DNA from: an uncultured virus (IMG/VR IMGVR_UViG_3300042882_001139)
Taxonomy: Duplodnaviria > Heunggongvirae > Uroviricota > Caudoviricetes
IMG/VR virus record: IMGVR_UViG_3300042882_001139
Span: 62,001 to 123,067 of that record
Length of the DNA stretch: 61,067 bases
Direction: 5' to 3' (one strand)
This document shows, in pieces, positions 21,787 through 30,106 of the stretch (position 1 is its first letter; the number at the start of each line of letters is the position of its first letter). Below the pieces are notes generated by a model. It was not told where the DNA came from. It ran no database searches and saw only the letters and a list, made by a program, of their open reading frames with translations. Position numbers and translations under genes: made by a program.

Positions 21787-22390
21787 CGCCTTCGGGACCG
21801 AGGCACTCACCTGGGACCCCGCGACCATCGCGCTTGAGGTCGAAGAGGAGTTTAACGTCGACTTGCCGCAAGAAACTTTCGACAAGTTAATTGCCGCAAT
21901 TCAGATCCTGACTACCGACAGGTTCTACAAAAACCTGCCCGACTTCATCATGTTCTGCAACGTCCTGAGCGGCGACGAGTACCGCCCGGACGTGTTCAAT
22001 CCGGCGGATGCCGAAGAGGTGGCGTGGGGGATTACGGAAAGTGTCCTCATCAGCCCGCCTGACGACGACGACCCAGAGCCGTTCACGGACGAGATACGGG
22101 CCTACATCGGTGCCGTGCTGGATAGCGAGGGCATCATCAATCCGCCTGATGTCTTGCGGATTGCCCTCAGAGCCGCCCGAGTCTCGCCGACAATTGGCGA
22201 CTTCTCGGACGACCCTACAATGTTCAATGCCGTCTACGATTTGGAGACGGGCAAGACAGAAGACATCAACCACACGATTGTATTGCGTACAAAACTGCTG
22301 GCCGCGCAATTAGCAGCACTGCAACTTAAAAACGGCAAGACAAAGCAAGTTGCAGAACTACTGCAAAATAGTCTCGGCCGCTCAGCCTAA
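21710..22390 (+). CDS. hypothetical acidic protein
   Basis: 226-aa ORF with protein-like composition. Confidence 0.7.
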   Translation: MVKNIMQEAWTSQETFAAVLLTLFLDAFGTEALTWDPATIALEVEEEFNVDLPQETFDKLIAAIQILTTDRFYKNLPDFIMFCNVLSGDEYRPDVFNPADAEEVAWGITESVLISPPDDDDPEPFTDEIRAYIGAVLDSEGIINPPDVLRIALRAARVSPTIGDFSDDPTMFNAVYDLETGKTEDINHTIVLRTKLLAAQLAALQLKNGKTKQVAELLQNSLGRSA

Positions 22391-22399
22391 AGGTGCTTT

Positions 22400-22693
22400 A
22401 TGGGTTGGAACGATCGACTGTTTGAAGATCCGTATTGGCCTGAACAGAACAACGACGATCGCGACTCTTACGAAAACTGGTGCGCCTACCTTGAAAGCCA
22501 GTTAGATGAAGCAGAAGCCAATGCGGGCATCTCGTCCCAGAATATATCAAAAGACGACATTCGACGACTGACCGACATAGTCGATGAGAGCAATGAGAAA
22601 GAAGCGAACGATAATTCACGTCAACCAACACATCATCAAGAAGAATGCGACAGCGGGACAACTGGAACCGCCGCTGACTGTCAAGACGTATAA
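22400..22693 (+). CDS. hypothetical acidic protein
   Basis: 97-aa ORF with AAGG RBS; 3' end overlaps the next ORF. Confidence 0.45.
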   Translation: MGWNDRLFEDPYWPEQNNDDRDSYENWCAYLESQLDEAEANAGISSQNISKDDIRRLTDIVDESNEKEANDNSRQPTHHQEECDSGTTGTAADCQDV

Positions 22694-22940
22694 CAGCAAC
22701 ACTAAATGCCACGAAGTCATAATCTCTGGCCCGTGTAGGGTCGTATACCAGCCCAAAGAGCCGCTCGACTGCGGCGCTCGTGTATGGATTGAAACACATG
22801 ACGAAGTCAAGACGATCACCCACCAAAAAGAAGACCGCAAAGAAAACCGCAAAGACAGTTGTAAAAAAGAAAGCAGCAAAAGCCCCGGCTGTGCCGCCAG
22901 CCCCAACACCGGCCGACTTTTTCGCTGCTGCGGAATTTAA
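22593..22940 (+). CDS. conserved phage hypothetical protein
   Basis: IIHVNQHII...TVKTY...VVYQPKEPLDCGARVWIET, a pattern common in large phages. Confidence 0.65.
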   Translation: MRKKRTIIHVNQHIIKKNATAGQLEPPLTVKTYNSNTKCHEVIISGPCRVVYQPKEPLDCGARVWIETHDEVKTITHQKEDRKENRKDSCKKESSKSPGCAASPNTGRLFRCCGI

Positions 22941-23322
22941 TCTAAACGAAGTTAGTCGGTATTGCTGGTCGTGCTACGGCCCAAAGGCGTCATTCTTTGA
23001 CGTTGATATAGCTTTAAGCCTTGGCTCTGCGCAGGCGGTCATTAGCCTTACCGACCAGCAAGTCTGCGAAATAACGGCCGTAGATAATCGTGAGTCTCGG
23101 CGGCAGCAGGCATATCGCTGGATAAATCCAAAGTACGCTCGCAAGCTGCACGCCGAAGCCGGCAGGCGCAACGTTGACGAGCGTATTGCGTGGGATAAGG
23201 TTGCATGGCATGACGTTCCGGCCGCAACTGTTTTAAAGCGGCTCAAGAAACTGCTTCGCGATACGGCGACACTTCGCCGGCCGAAGACTGTAAAAAAGAA
23301 ACCCGCCGGGGCACGCTCGTAG
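22798..23322 (+). CDS. hypothetical protein with Lys-rich N-terminus
   Basis: KKKTAKKTAK N-terminus and AYRWINP motif; overlaps the previous ORF. Confidence 0.5.
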   Translation: MTKSRRSPTKKKTAKKTAKTVVKKKAAKAPAVPPAPTPADFFAAAEFNLNEVSRYCWSCYGPKASFFDVDIALSLGSAQAVISLTDQQVCEITAVDNRESRRQQAYRWINPKYARKLHAEAGRRNVDERIAWDKVAWHDVPAATVLKRLKKLLRDTATLRRPKTVKKKPAGARS

Positions 23323-23337
23323 CCACACCCGGCGGGT
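23301..23337. terminator. hairpin between convergent genes
   Basis: ACCCGCCGGG...CCCGGCGGGT perfect 10-bp arms. Confidence 0.55.
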
Positions 23338-23364
23338 CAAGGTTAGTCCCTATCGGGACCAAGG

Positions 23365-24534
23365 TTAACTGTTAGCCAGTTCGTACAGTTTGGCCAACGG
23401 AAGCAGTGAATCTTCAGAGGCTTGTTTCACGACGGCCGTCGCACCGCTTTCTTGCAGCAGCCGGTCTAAAGTCATGGCCATGCCGCGATCAAGTGTGGGG
23501 ATAATCGCCGCGAGCTTGTCGCGGTCCATGTACACGCCACCAGCACTGACAGCGTCTACGAAGTCATCACCCAGCCATTCCCGGACGTCCTCAACCGCCA
23601 GTTTCTCAAGATCGGATAACGAGTAAACATTACCAGTTGTGGTTTCGACGTTGTCGGCCATAAACGCCCGAGCGACCTTTTCCGTGATAGCAAAGAGCAC
23701 CTCTTCAGGCCTGGACAGCCCGCCCGAATCGTACAGGCGATTAAGATGCGTATTCCTATCAAAAGTGTCGACCGCGCTCGCCAACTTAAGACGCACCTCG
23801 ACCGACCGGGCCCGTTCAGGGTTTTGGTCGATAGCGTCGGCTAACTTGGACAACTCACCCGCCAAGTCATGATACTTGCGCTGAGTAAGCCTTACGCGAT
23901 CTTTGAGCATGTCACTGGCAACCTTGGAAGCACAAACCCCCAGGCCAGCCGCGAGTGCCAGCGTATCGTCGGCCTCGCTAACGTCGGCGTCATACTGCGC
24001 CGCTTTGTTTAAGATTTTTGTGGCAATAACGTGCCGGTCGTTAAACGTAAACTCGTCACGGTACTTTTTAAAATGCGCCGCGGCAAATTTAACTTCAGTG
24101 GCGTTACGCAGCGGCCACTGGCGAACAGCCCCGCCCTCGCTAGCCCACACAATAGCGAAATCAGAATCGGGCAGCGTTGTCAGATCGGAGGCGTTCGAGG
24201 CGGCTACCTTCTCTTCCAGCCCGCGTACCAACCCGGCAATACCGAAGTATTCTGCGGCGGTATTAATACGTTGCCGGATCTCACCCGCAACCTTTTCGTT
24301 AAACTCAGCCTGCTTGTCCGCGAAGAATAACGCAGACATCCATGTTGCGGGACCGGTGTGACACGGGTAAAGTTTATTGTGCTGGTCAGCGTATAAATGA
24401 CGCGGAAGGTCTGTACCGACCAGTCGATCCTCGGATGCATTTTTAACAAAGTCGGGCGCGGCATACAGCGACGTTAAACGGTGCGTTTCGCGACCACTGA
24501 CGTCGTGTGCGTGATCCAGCGGAATATTCGTCAT
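23365..24534 (-). CDS. hypothetical jumbo-phage protein
   Basis: 389 aa from the ATG at 24534; two related blocks (YADQHNKLYPCH and FAIVW...WPLRNATEVKFAAAHF). Confidence 0.7.
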   Translation of the reverse strand: MTNIPLDHAHDVSGRETHRLTSLYAAPDFVKNASEDRLVGTDLPRHLYADQHNKLYPCHTGPATWMSALFFADKQAEFNEKVAGEIRQRINTAAEYFGIAGLVRGLEEKVAASNASDLTTLPDSDFAIVWASEGGAVRQWPLRNATEVKFAAAHFKKYRDEFTFNDRHVIATKILNKAAQYDADVSEADDTLALAAGLGVCASKVASDMLKDRVRLTQRKYHDLAGELSKLADAIDQNPERARSVEVRLKLASAVDTFDRNTHLNRLYDSGGLSRPEEVLFAITEKVARAFMADNVETTTGNVYSLSDLEKLAVEDVREWLGDDFVDAVSAGGVYMDRDKLAAIIPTLDRGMAMTLDRLLQESGATAVVKQASEDSLLPLAKLYELANS

Positions 24535-27163
24535 GGGTTTACCTACCTGTTTAATTCGCCGACATAACCACATTCGCGCCCTGTCGGCTCTTGGGGTAGC
24601 CCCGGAAACTCCTGCGTTTCCGGCTGTGGTTCTATGTCCATTATGTCAGGAAAATACCCTACATTTGTTTGACGATATTGTCACTGACGGTATCTGGCTG
24701 CACTGTAATTCGTGTTTAGCCCATGGAGATATCATAACCTTTGGGGCTCAAATCTGGAATACAAGTTTACCGCATGCCCTGTCAAAAATGGCGGAACTAG
24801 GGGTAATAACGCCGTCCGAAGCCGACAAAGCAGCGGCTGATTACGACCGGGCGTTTAGTCGTCAAAAAGCGGCTGAAACATTCTGGACGGCAGCGGCAAG
24901 TCAACTCTGGAATCACAGCGACGATTTGCTAGCCTGCCGGATCTACGACATCGGTTTAAAACCAGAGTATGACGTAACAAACCTTGTCGGAGCCGCACAT
25001 CCTGATCAAGTATTAAAGTTGTGTCGCGAACTCGGGCGAGCAAAGCCACGTCTAGCCCGTAAAGACGGCTCTAGTCTTGTGCTGCCGTATTACACGCTTC
25101 CGGGCCGCCTGTCTGGTTTCTTATTGCTCCATTACTCCGCTGACGCAGAAATGCGTAAAACATTTATCCCGGTCAGCGGGTATGACCGCCAACGCGTTGA
25201 TGCCGGTTATTGCTTCTTGCCGAATCTTTTATTGCCGCCACCGACCGTGCTAAAAAACAAACAGTTTGTCGTAGAGGACCAGCTGTGGGCATTAAAAGAG
25301 CAGTGCCGGCAATTTAAGTACGGCCTACCCGCACTGCCCATCGTCGCCGGGTACGCCGGGCCGGAGGCGATTAGTTACGGCACTAATTGGAGCGCCCTGC
25401 CACCCACGCCCAGATTTTTTCAGGGCAATGCCGCTACACCAGAATTACTGAGTCAGGCGGCCAATGGAAAAGGCTACGTAAGCGTCGTGGCTCCTGACGT
25501 CGCGGCCCGGCCTAGTTGCCGGTATACGCTGCAGTGTCTCGCAAAAATATGTAGTGCCGCGGATACTTGGCAAAGCGTATTGAATAAAACGCTCGCCGGG
25601 CACAACGAGATGACGTCGTACTCATTTGCGACAAAACTGGCTATCGAACATAGCCGGCTACAGTTGTTCTTTAAAAACCACGGCGATCAATTCTCTGAAG
25701 ACTTTGTGAAACGCGTACTGCAGACAATAGATCTGGCCCCGACAGCGCCGACAAGAACGCATAAAAAATGGGTTTTGGTCGAGCAGGACAATGCGTGGTG
25801 GAACCATGTCGGGCAGCAGGTGTGCAATGCCCGCGTGGTAATCACGCAAATTATGCAGGCAGACGACGGTGAAAAAATTTACGCCGGGCGTGTCTGCATG
25901 CGGGATTGGGAGATAACGTTCACAGAAAACGCACGACGAATCGAGCACATGGGGCTTCTTGCTTATGCAGCCGCCATCGCCGCCCCTCACGGGAAACTCA
26001 TCACCTACGACAGGTCCTGGAATAAGCGCAGCCACCTTATTTCTATACAACTGCACAGCCCCGTGCTCACGCTTGTTTCCACAAAAACAGGCTGGGACGA
26101 GCAGGCGAGCATGTTTCGTTTCCGTGACTATGCGTTCACCAATGCCGGGGAAACTATAAACACGCCGGCGATAATTAAACAATCACAGGCGGTTAGTTTC
26201 CCAGAGCCGCTCGATGCCGGCCCGATTGGCGTGCGGCGCTTTCTAACAGCAGAAAATAAGAACGCGTTTGTCTGGGGCGTCTTTGGCACCATAGCCGCTA
26301 ATTTAATTGCACCAATTGTCAGAAAAGATTGCGTCGCCACGGCTATATCTGGAGTCGCGTTTAATACCGCCGCTCGAATCGGGGCAGCACTTGGTTGCCA
26401 GCAGCGGGTGACATCCACACTGCACCGCGCCAGCGTCGCCGACTTCTTGCGTAAAAACTCGGCCGATTTACTCTGGCCGGTGTTTCTAGCCAGTGAGTTC
26501 AACGACGCCGACACAGCACCTAGCATTACACATATTCATAACAGACCGGTAATCGTGCGCATGCCAGAGTCCGGGGCGGTTGCCGCACTAGGTTACGGCT
26601 GGAACAAAATAAGCACCGGCGTAGCGCCCGACACGCTAAACGATTTTAGCGATTTGCGTTATGTACTGCCGGCCTATATCCGCCATACCCTGCTTAGCCG
26701 CATGAATCTGGTCGCCAAGTCACCAAATTTGGTCATCAGCGTTTTAACAGATTTGCACACATGGCTCGACGAGGTTTACGGCGCCACGTTTCATTTACCC
26801 CAAACGCTCCAGCAATTTGGCGTGTCGGAACGTGCCCACGAGGCTTTAATCCAAGAAATAGTTCGCGGCGTGCACCACGAAAAATTAGACGTAATTCCTA
26901 GGCCCCGGCGAAAAATGCAGCCAAAAAATTACCTGCTCCGCCGCAAAGAGTTTTGGTGGTTAAATCGCCGGGCCATAGATAACTATTTCACAAACGATAA
27001 AAATATTCCGCCAAACTGGCTCGGTGTTATAAACTTGCTAATTAATGACGGCGTGTTTGGCGGAGAAGAAACCGTCCAAGGTATGCCGGGCATTTTAGTC
27101 AGTACGCCGTGGTGTGATAACTACTGGACAAACAACGAGATTCCTGCAAGAGAAATTGGATAA
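24533..27163 (+). CDS. primase-like protein with N-terminal zinc-binding domain
   Basis: CPLC...WLHCNSCLAHGDII (CHC2-like) and LVLPYY..PGRLSGF (DnaG-like N-core); catalytic TOPRIM acids not clear. Confidence 0.5.
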   Translation: MGLPTCLIRRHNHIRALSALGVAPETPAFPAVVLCPLCQENTLHLFDDIVTDGIWLHCNSCLAHGDIITFGAQIWNTSLPHALSKMAELGVITPSEADKAAADYDRAFSRQKAAETFWTAAASQLWNHSDDLLACRIYDIGLKPEYDVTNLVGAAHPDQVLKLCRELGRAKPRLARKDGSSLVLPYYTLPGRLSGFLLLHYSADAEMRKTFIPVSGYDRQRVDAGYCFLPNLLLPPPTVLKNKQFVVEDQLWALKEQCRQFKYGLPALPIVAGYAGPEAISYGTNWSALPPTPRFFQGNAATPELLSQAANGKGYVSVVAPDVAARPSCRYTLQCLAKICSAADTWQSVLNKTLAGHNEMTSYSFATKLAIEHSRLQLFFKNHGDQFSEDFVKRVLQTIDLAPTAPTRTHKKWVLVEQDNAWWNHVGQQVCNARVVITQIMQADDGEKIYAGRVCMRDWEITFTENARRIEHMGLLAYAAAIAAPHGKLITYDRSWNKRSHLISIQLHSPVLTLVSTKTGWDEQASMFRFRDYAFTNAGETINTPAIIKQSQAVSFPEPLDAGPIGVRRFLTAENKNAFVWGVFGTIAANLIAPIVRKDCVATAISGVAFNTAARIGAALGCQQRVTSTLHRASVADFLRKNSADLLWPVFLASEFNDADTAPSITHIHNRPVIVRMPESGAVAALGYGWNKISTGVAPDTLNDFSDLRYVLPAYIRHTLLSRMNLVAKSPNLVISVLTDLHTWLDEVYGATFHLPQTLQQFGVSERAHEALIQEIVRGVHHEKLDVIPRPRRKMQPKNYLLRRKEFWWLNRRAIDNYFTNDKNIPPNWLGVINLLINDGVFGGEETVQGMPGILVSTPWCDNYWTNNEIPAREIG

Positions 27164-27168
27164 CGTCT

Positions 27169-27510
27169 ATGGCATATGATCGTCGACGGGCTGAACAATC
27201 CATTTTTAGCAAAAAAGACCACGACGACGGGTTGGACGACGATTTCATTGAAGAAGAGTGGCAGTTCGTCAGCGACAACGATGACGATGACGATGACGAC
27301 GATGACGACGTCTTATACAAGCCAAATGTCGACTGGTACGCCGACGAAGATGACGAAGACGAAGATGAGGATTACGAAGACGAGGATTACGAAGAAGAAG
27401 ATGACGAAGAGTCATTTAGCTGGAATGACGAAGACGAAGACGACGAAGACGAAGACGAAGAAGAGCCCGAGTACGAGCACGACTTTGATTCCGACGATTA
27501 CGATGACTAA
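27169..27510 (+). CDS. extremely Asp/Glu-rich small protein
   Basis: Long D/E runs with interspersed Y/W/F. Confidence 0.65.
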   Translation: MAYDRRRAEQSIFSKKDHDDGLDDDFIEEEWQFVSDNDDDDDDDDDDVLYKPNVDWYADEDDEDEDEDYEDEDYEEEDDEESFSWNDEDEDDEDEDEEEPEYEHDFDSDDYDD

Positions 27511-27515
27511 TTAAC

Positions 27516-27977
27516 ATGCAAACATTTCTGCCCCTGCCGAGTTTTCGGCGGTCGGCGGCGGTGCTGGACAATAAGCGTCTAGGCAAACAGCGCGTAGAGT
27601 GTAAACAAATACTGCTGTGCCTAGGCGTGCCGATTGGTGCCCATATGCCAAGCGTCTCTCGCTGGCGTAACCACCCGGCGGTGCAAATGTGGGCAGGCTA
27701 TGAAACAGCCCTGCTTGTTTATAGCATCGTCATGTGCCGTGAGTGGCGCCGCCGCAAGTTTACAGACAATCTATGCCGGGAATTTGAACATCGGTACTCA
27801 ATTATTAGACCGACAATAAAAGCAAATAATTACCCGCCGTGGTTTGGCGACGATGACTTTCATGCGTCTCACCGCGGCAATCTCTTGCGTAAAGATTACG
27901 CGCACTATTCCAAATTTGGCTGGATGGAAGAGATCTACCTGCCGTACGTATGGCCTACAAAACTGGAGCCCGTATGA
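27516..27977 (+). CDS. pyrimidine-dimer DNA glycosylase (DenV-like, MSMEG_6728 family)
   Basis: MQTFLP...LDNKRLGKQRVE...HPAVQMW...PPWFG...HASHRGNLLRKD. Confidence 0.8.
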   Translation: MQTFLPLPSFRRSAAVLDNKRLGKQRVECKQILLCLGVPIGAHMPSVSRWRNHPAVQMWAGYETALLVYSIVMCREWRRRKFTDNLCREFEHRYSIIRPTIKANNYPPWFGDDDFHASHRGNLLRKDYAHYSKFGWMEEIYLPYVWPTKLEPV

Positions 27978-28339
27978 CTGCTGAACACAAGGCTGTCCTG
28001 ATTGACCCGTACAAAGAAGAAGTCACAGACGTCACGTATAACGGCGACTACAAGCAAATCTATGAGCACATCAAGGTCGATTGTTTTGCGTTGGTGCGTC
28101 TGGCTGATGACGATGACGTCTTTGTTGACGACGAAGGCTTACTCAAACTCGAGCCCAGCACTAAGTTTTTTGCACTGCCCGACTACCCGCAACCGCTGGC
28201 GGGTTACGGTTTAGTTCTTGGCAATGATAACGAGGGCGAATCAATCAGTGCTCATCACGACGCGGCTTTTTACCGCGAACGCGTTAAATTCATGACCATG
28301 CGACAATTTGCGGCTATTAGCGCCATCGATTTTGGGTAA
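27974..28339 (+). CDS. DUF3846-like protein
   Basis: AVLIDP...VFVDDEGLLK...LAGYGLVLG; ATGA overlap. Confidence 0.6.
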   Translation: MTAEHKAVLIDPYKEEVTDVTYNGDYKQIYEHIKVDCFALVRLADDDDVFVDDEGLLKLEPSTKFFALPDYPQPLAGYGLVLGNDNEGESISAHHDAAFYRERVKFMTMRQFAAISAIDFG

Positions 28340-28351
28340 ACTGTGCGGATC

Positions 28352-28424
28352 GCCGGCGTGGCACAATTGGCAGCGCAACTGATTTGTAATCAGTAGGTTG
28401 CGGGTTCGACTCCCGCCGCCGGCT
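28352..28424 (+). tRNA. tRNA-Thr(UGU)
   Basis: GCCGGCG/CGCCGGC acceptor, ctgat-TTGTA-atcag anticodon arm, GGTTCGACTCC T-arm; no encoded CCA. Confidence 0.93.
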
Positions 28425-28447
28425 ATAGTTAAACTCGTGTGCCAGGT

Positions 28448-28909
28448 ATGGAGGCCTATATGGACGAGATTAACATTTACATCAAAGACATCAATCAATT
28501 GCGGCCGGTTGATGTCGCTGCTATTTGTTCGCGGCTTTCGTGGCCAGACTCAGGCAGTGCGAGCTCTATTCAAAAAGAACTGGATAAGCGTTACCTCAAC
28601 CCGCAGCCAGGCCCGCACCCCAACATGGCAATAGCCTTCGTGTGGCTTAAAGGTGTTTTAGTCGGCTGGGTGGGCACACGCCCATGGCGCGAGCATGTAA
28701 AAGACACGTTTGTCGCTGTGCAGACGGTGGAATGCTTTGTCGACCCGGCGTTCCGGCGGCGGGGCTTTGCTCGATTAGGCTTGCAGGCACTTATCAGCAC
28801 TGGTTATCTCGACAAAGAGAAACTAGTCGCGGGCTATGCAGATGATGTGCTTCCTCTCGCAACATCGTGCGGCTGTCGCAACGTCATTCTTGGCGACAGC
28901 GCTAAATAA
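28448..28909 (+). CDS. GNAT family N-acetyltransferase
   Basis: Acetyl-CoA motif A VECFVDPAFRRRGFA. Confidence 0.75.
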   Translation: MEAYMDEINIYIKDINQLRPVDVAAICSRLSWPDSGSASSIQKELDKRYLNPQPGPHPNMAIAFVWLKGVLVGWVGTRPWREHVKDTFVAVQTVECFVDPAFRRRGFARLGLQALISTGYLDKEKLVAGYADDVLPLATSCGCRNVILGDSAK

Positions 28910-28918
28910 CATACTTAT

Positions 28919-29728
28919 GGTCGGCTGGCGTAAGGTCAGGTCCGGCTCGGTATGGCGGCGTAAGGTTAGGTTTTTTCTTTCAAAACTTTATCGTTAGGTC
29001 GGGTCTGGTGACGTGAGGTGTTGTAACGTTCGATCGGGTATGGTTTTTTCTTTCAAAACTTTGTGGTTAGCTTCGGTCGAATGCCGTCGGGTTAGGTTTG
29101 GTACGGTGTGGCAGGGTTTTTCTTTTTCAAAACTGTAGCGTGGGGCAGGGTAAGTTGGGGTTTGGTCAGATCTGGTTTTTTCTTTCAAACATATAAGGTG
29201 TTGTAACGTCGTGTAGGGTCTTGTCCGGTACGGCATGGTACGGTATGGCGGGATCAGGTCAGGTATGGTTTTTTTCTCAACAAGCGTACGGCAGGGTATC
29301 GTTAGGCTCGGTTTTGTTTGGTTTTCTCTTCTCAAAATTTTGCGGTCAGGTCCGGTATCGTTGCGTTTTGTCCGGTAGCTTTCGGTATGGTTTTTTCAAA
29401 TAATTTGCGTTAGGTCCGGTACGGTTCGGTAGTGTCTGTTTTGGCAACGTTTGATTTCGTTCGGTAACGCATGGCGCTATTGGGTTTGGTTCGGTTTTTT
29501 CTTTCAAAACAATTTAGGGTGCGGTCTGGTTCGGTAGCGTAACGTCAGGCACGGTAAGGTCTGGTTTTCTCTTTCAAACAAAATAGGGTTTGGCTCGGTG
29601 GGGTGGCATAAGCTGGGGTTTGGTCAGGTCTGGTTTTTTCTTTCAAACAAAATATGGTCCGGTAAGGTCGGGTAACGTCCGGTAAGGTAACGCAGGGTGA
29701 CGTTGGGTTTGGTTTTTTCTTTCAAAAC
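28919..29728 (+). repeat. non-coding array of 11 units: (GGY-NN)7-17 pentamer tracts separated by a constant T-rich linker; putative guide-RNA array
   Basis: Linker GGTTTT(T/C)TCTTTCAAA(A)C-type starts at 28969, 29042, 29115, 29174, 29267, 29320, 29389, 29493, 29563, 29632 and 29711; the preceding tracts parse exactly into 10,10,10,8,14,7,9,17,9,9,11 pentamers. Confidence 0.9.
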
Positions 29729-29744
29729 AATTAGGGTAGGTTGC

Positions 29745-29777
29745 GGTTTTATGTGCTGCGGAAACTACACATAAACC
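29745..29777 (+). other. hairpin closing the array
   Basis: GGTTTTATGTG...CACATAAACC, between the array and the HNH start. Confidence 0.55.
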
Positions 29778-29788
29778 AGGGGTAACAA

Positions 29789-30106
29789 ATGGATTCAACG
29801 ACGTTAAATTATGCCGTGCGCATGGCCAGATATGACTGGTGTGAAAAGCGCACGCAACGTCTAGTGATTGACAACTATGAATGCCAAACGTGTTTGCACG
29901 ACGGATCTGTATATCAGCTCGAAGTGCATCACAAGACGTATGAACGGTTTGGCGAAGAGGATGTCGAAAAAGATTTAATTACGCTATGCAGCGAGTGTCA
30001 CGAAGCAATAACAAATGTAATACGAGCTCGTCGCTACAAAAACAAAGACTTGGGCTGTAATTACATTGTTCCCACGATTCATCAACGGAAGGACATAGAT
30101 CAATGA
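29789..30106 (+). CDS. HNH endonuclease
   Basis: CQTC...LEVHHKTY...DLITLCSECH; ATGA overlap with the next gene. Confidence 0.85.
   Translation: MDSTTLNYAVRMARYDWCEKRTQRLVIDNYECQTCLHDGSVYQLEVHHKTYERFGEEDVEKDLITLCSECHEAITNVIRARRYKNKDLGCNYIVPTIHQRKDIDQ

Noticed and set aside
27176..27514. Thr/Lys/Met-rich ORF
   Set aside because: Alternative frame of the GAY/GAR-rich acidic gene
28994..29403. ORFs 28994..29335(-) and 29221..29403(+) inside the array
   Set aside because: Low-complexity translations produced by the pentamer periodicity; no RBS or protein-like features
28919..29728. Canonical CRISPR array
   Set aside because: The spacer-equivalents are not free sequence but phased GGY-NN pentamers of variable number; the linker is short and degenerate; no cas1 or cas2 is seen
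28919..29728. Simple microsatellite or slippage repeat
   Set aside because: NN positions are highly diverse while phase is strictly kept, and units end in a constant linker; slippage would homogenise neighbouring pentamers
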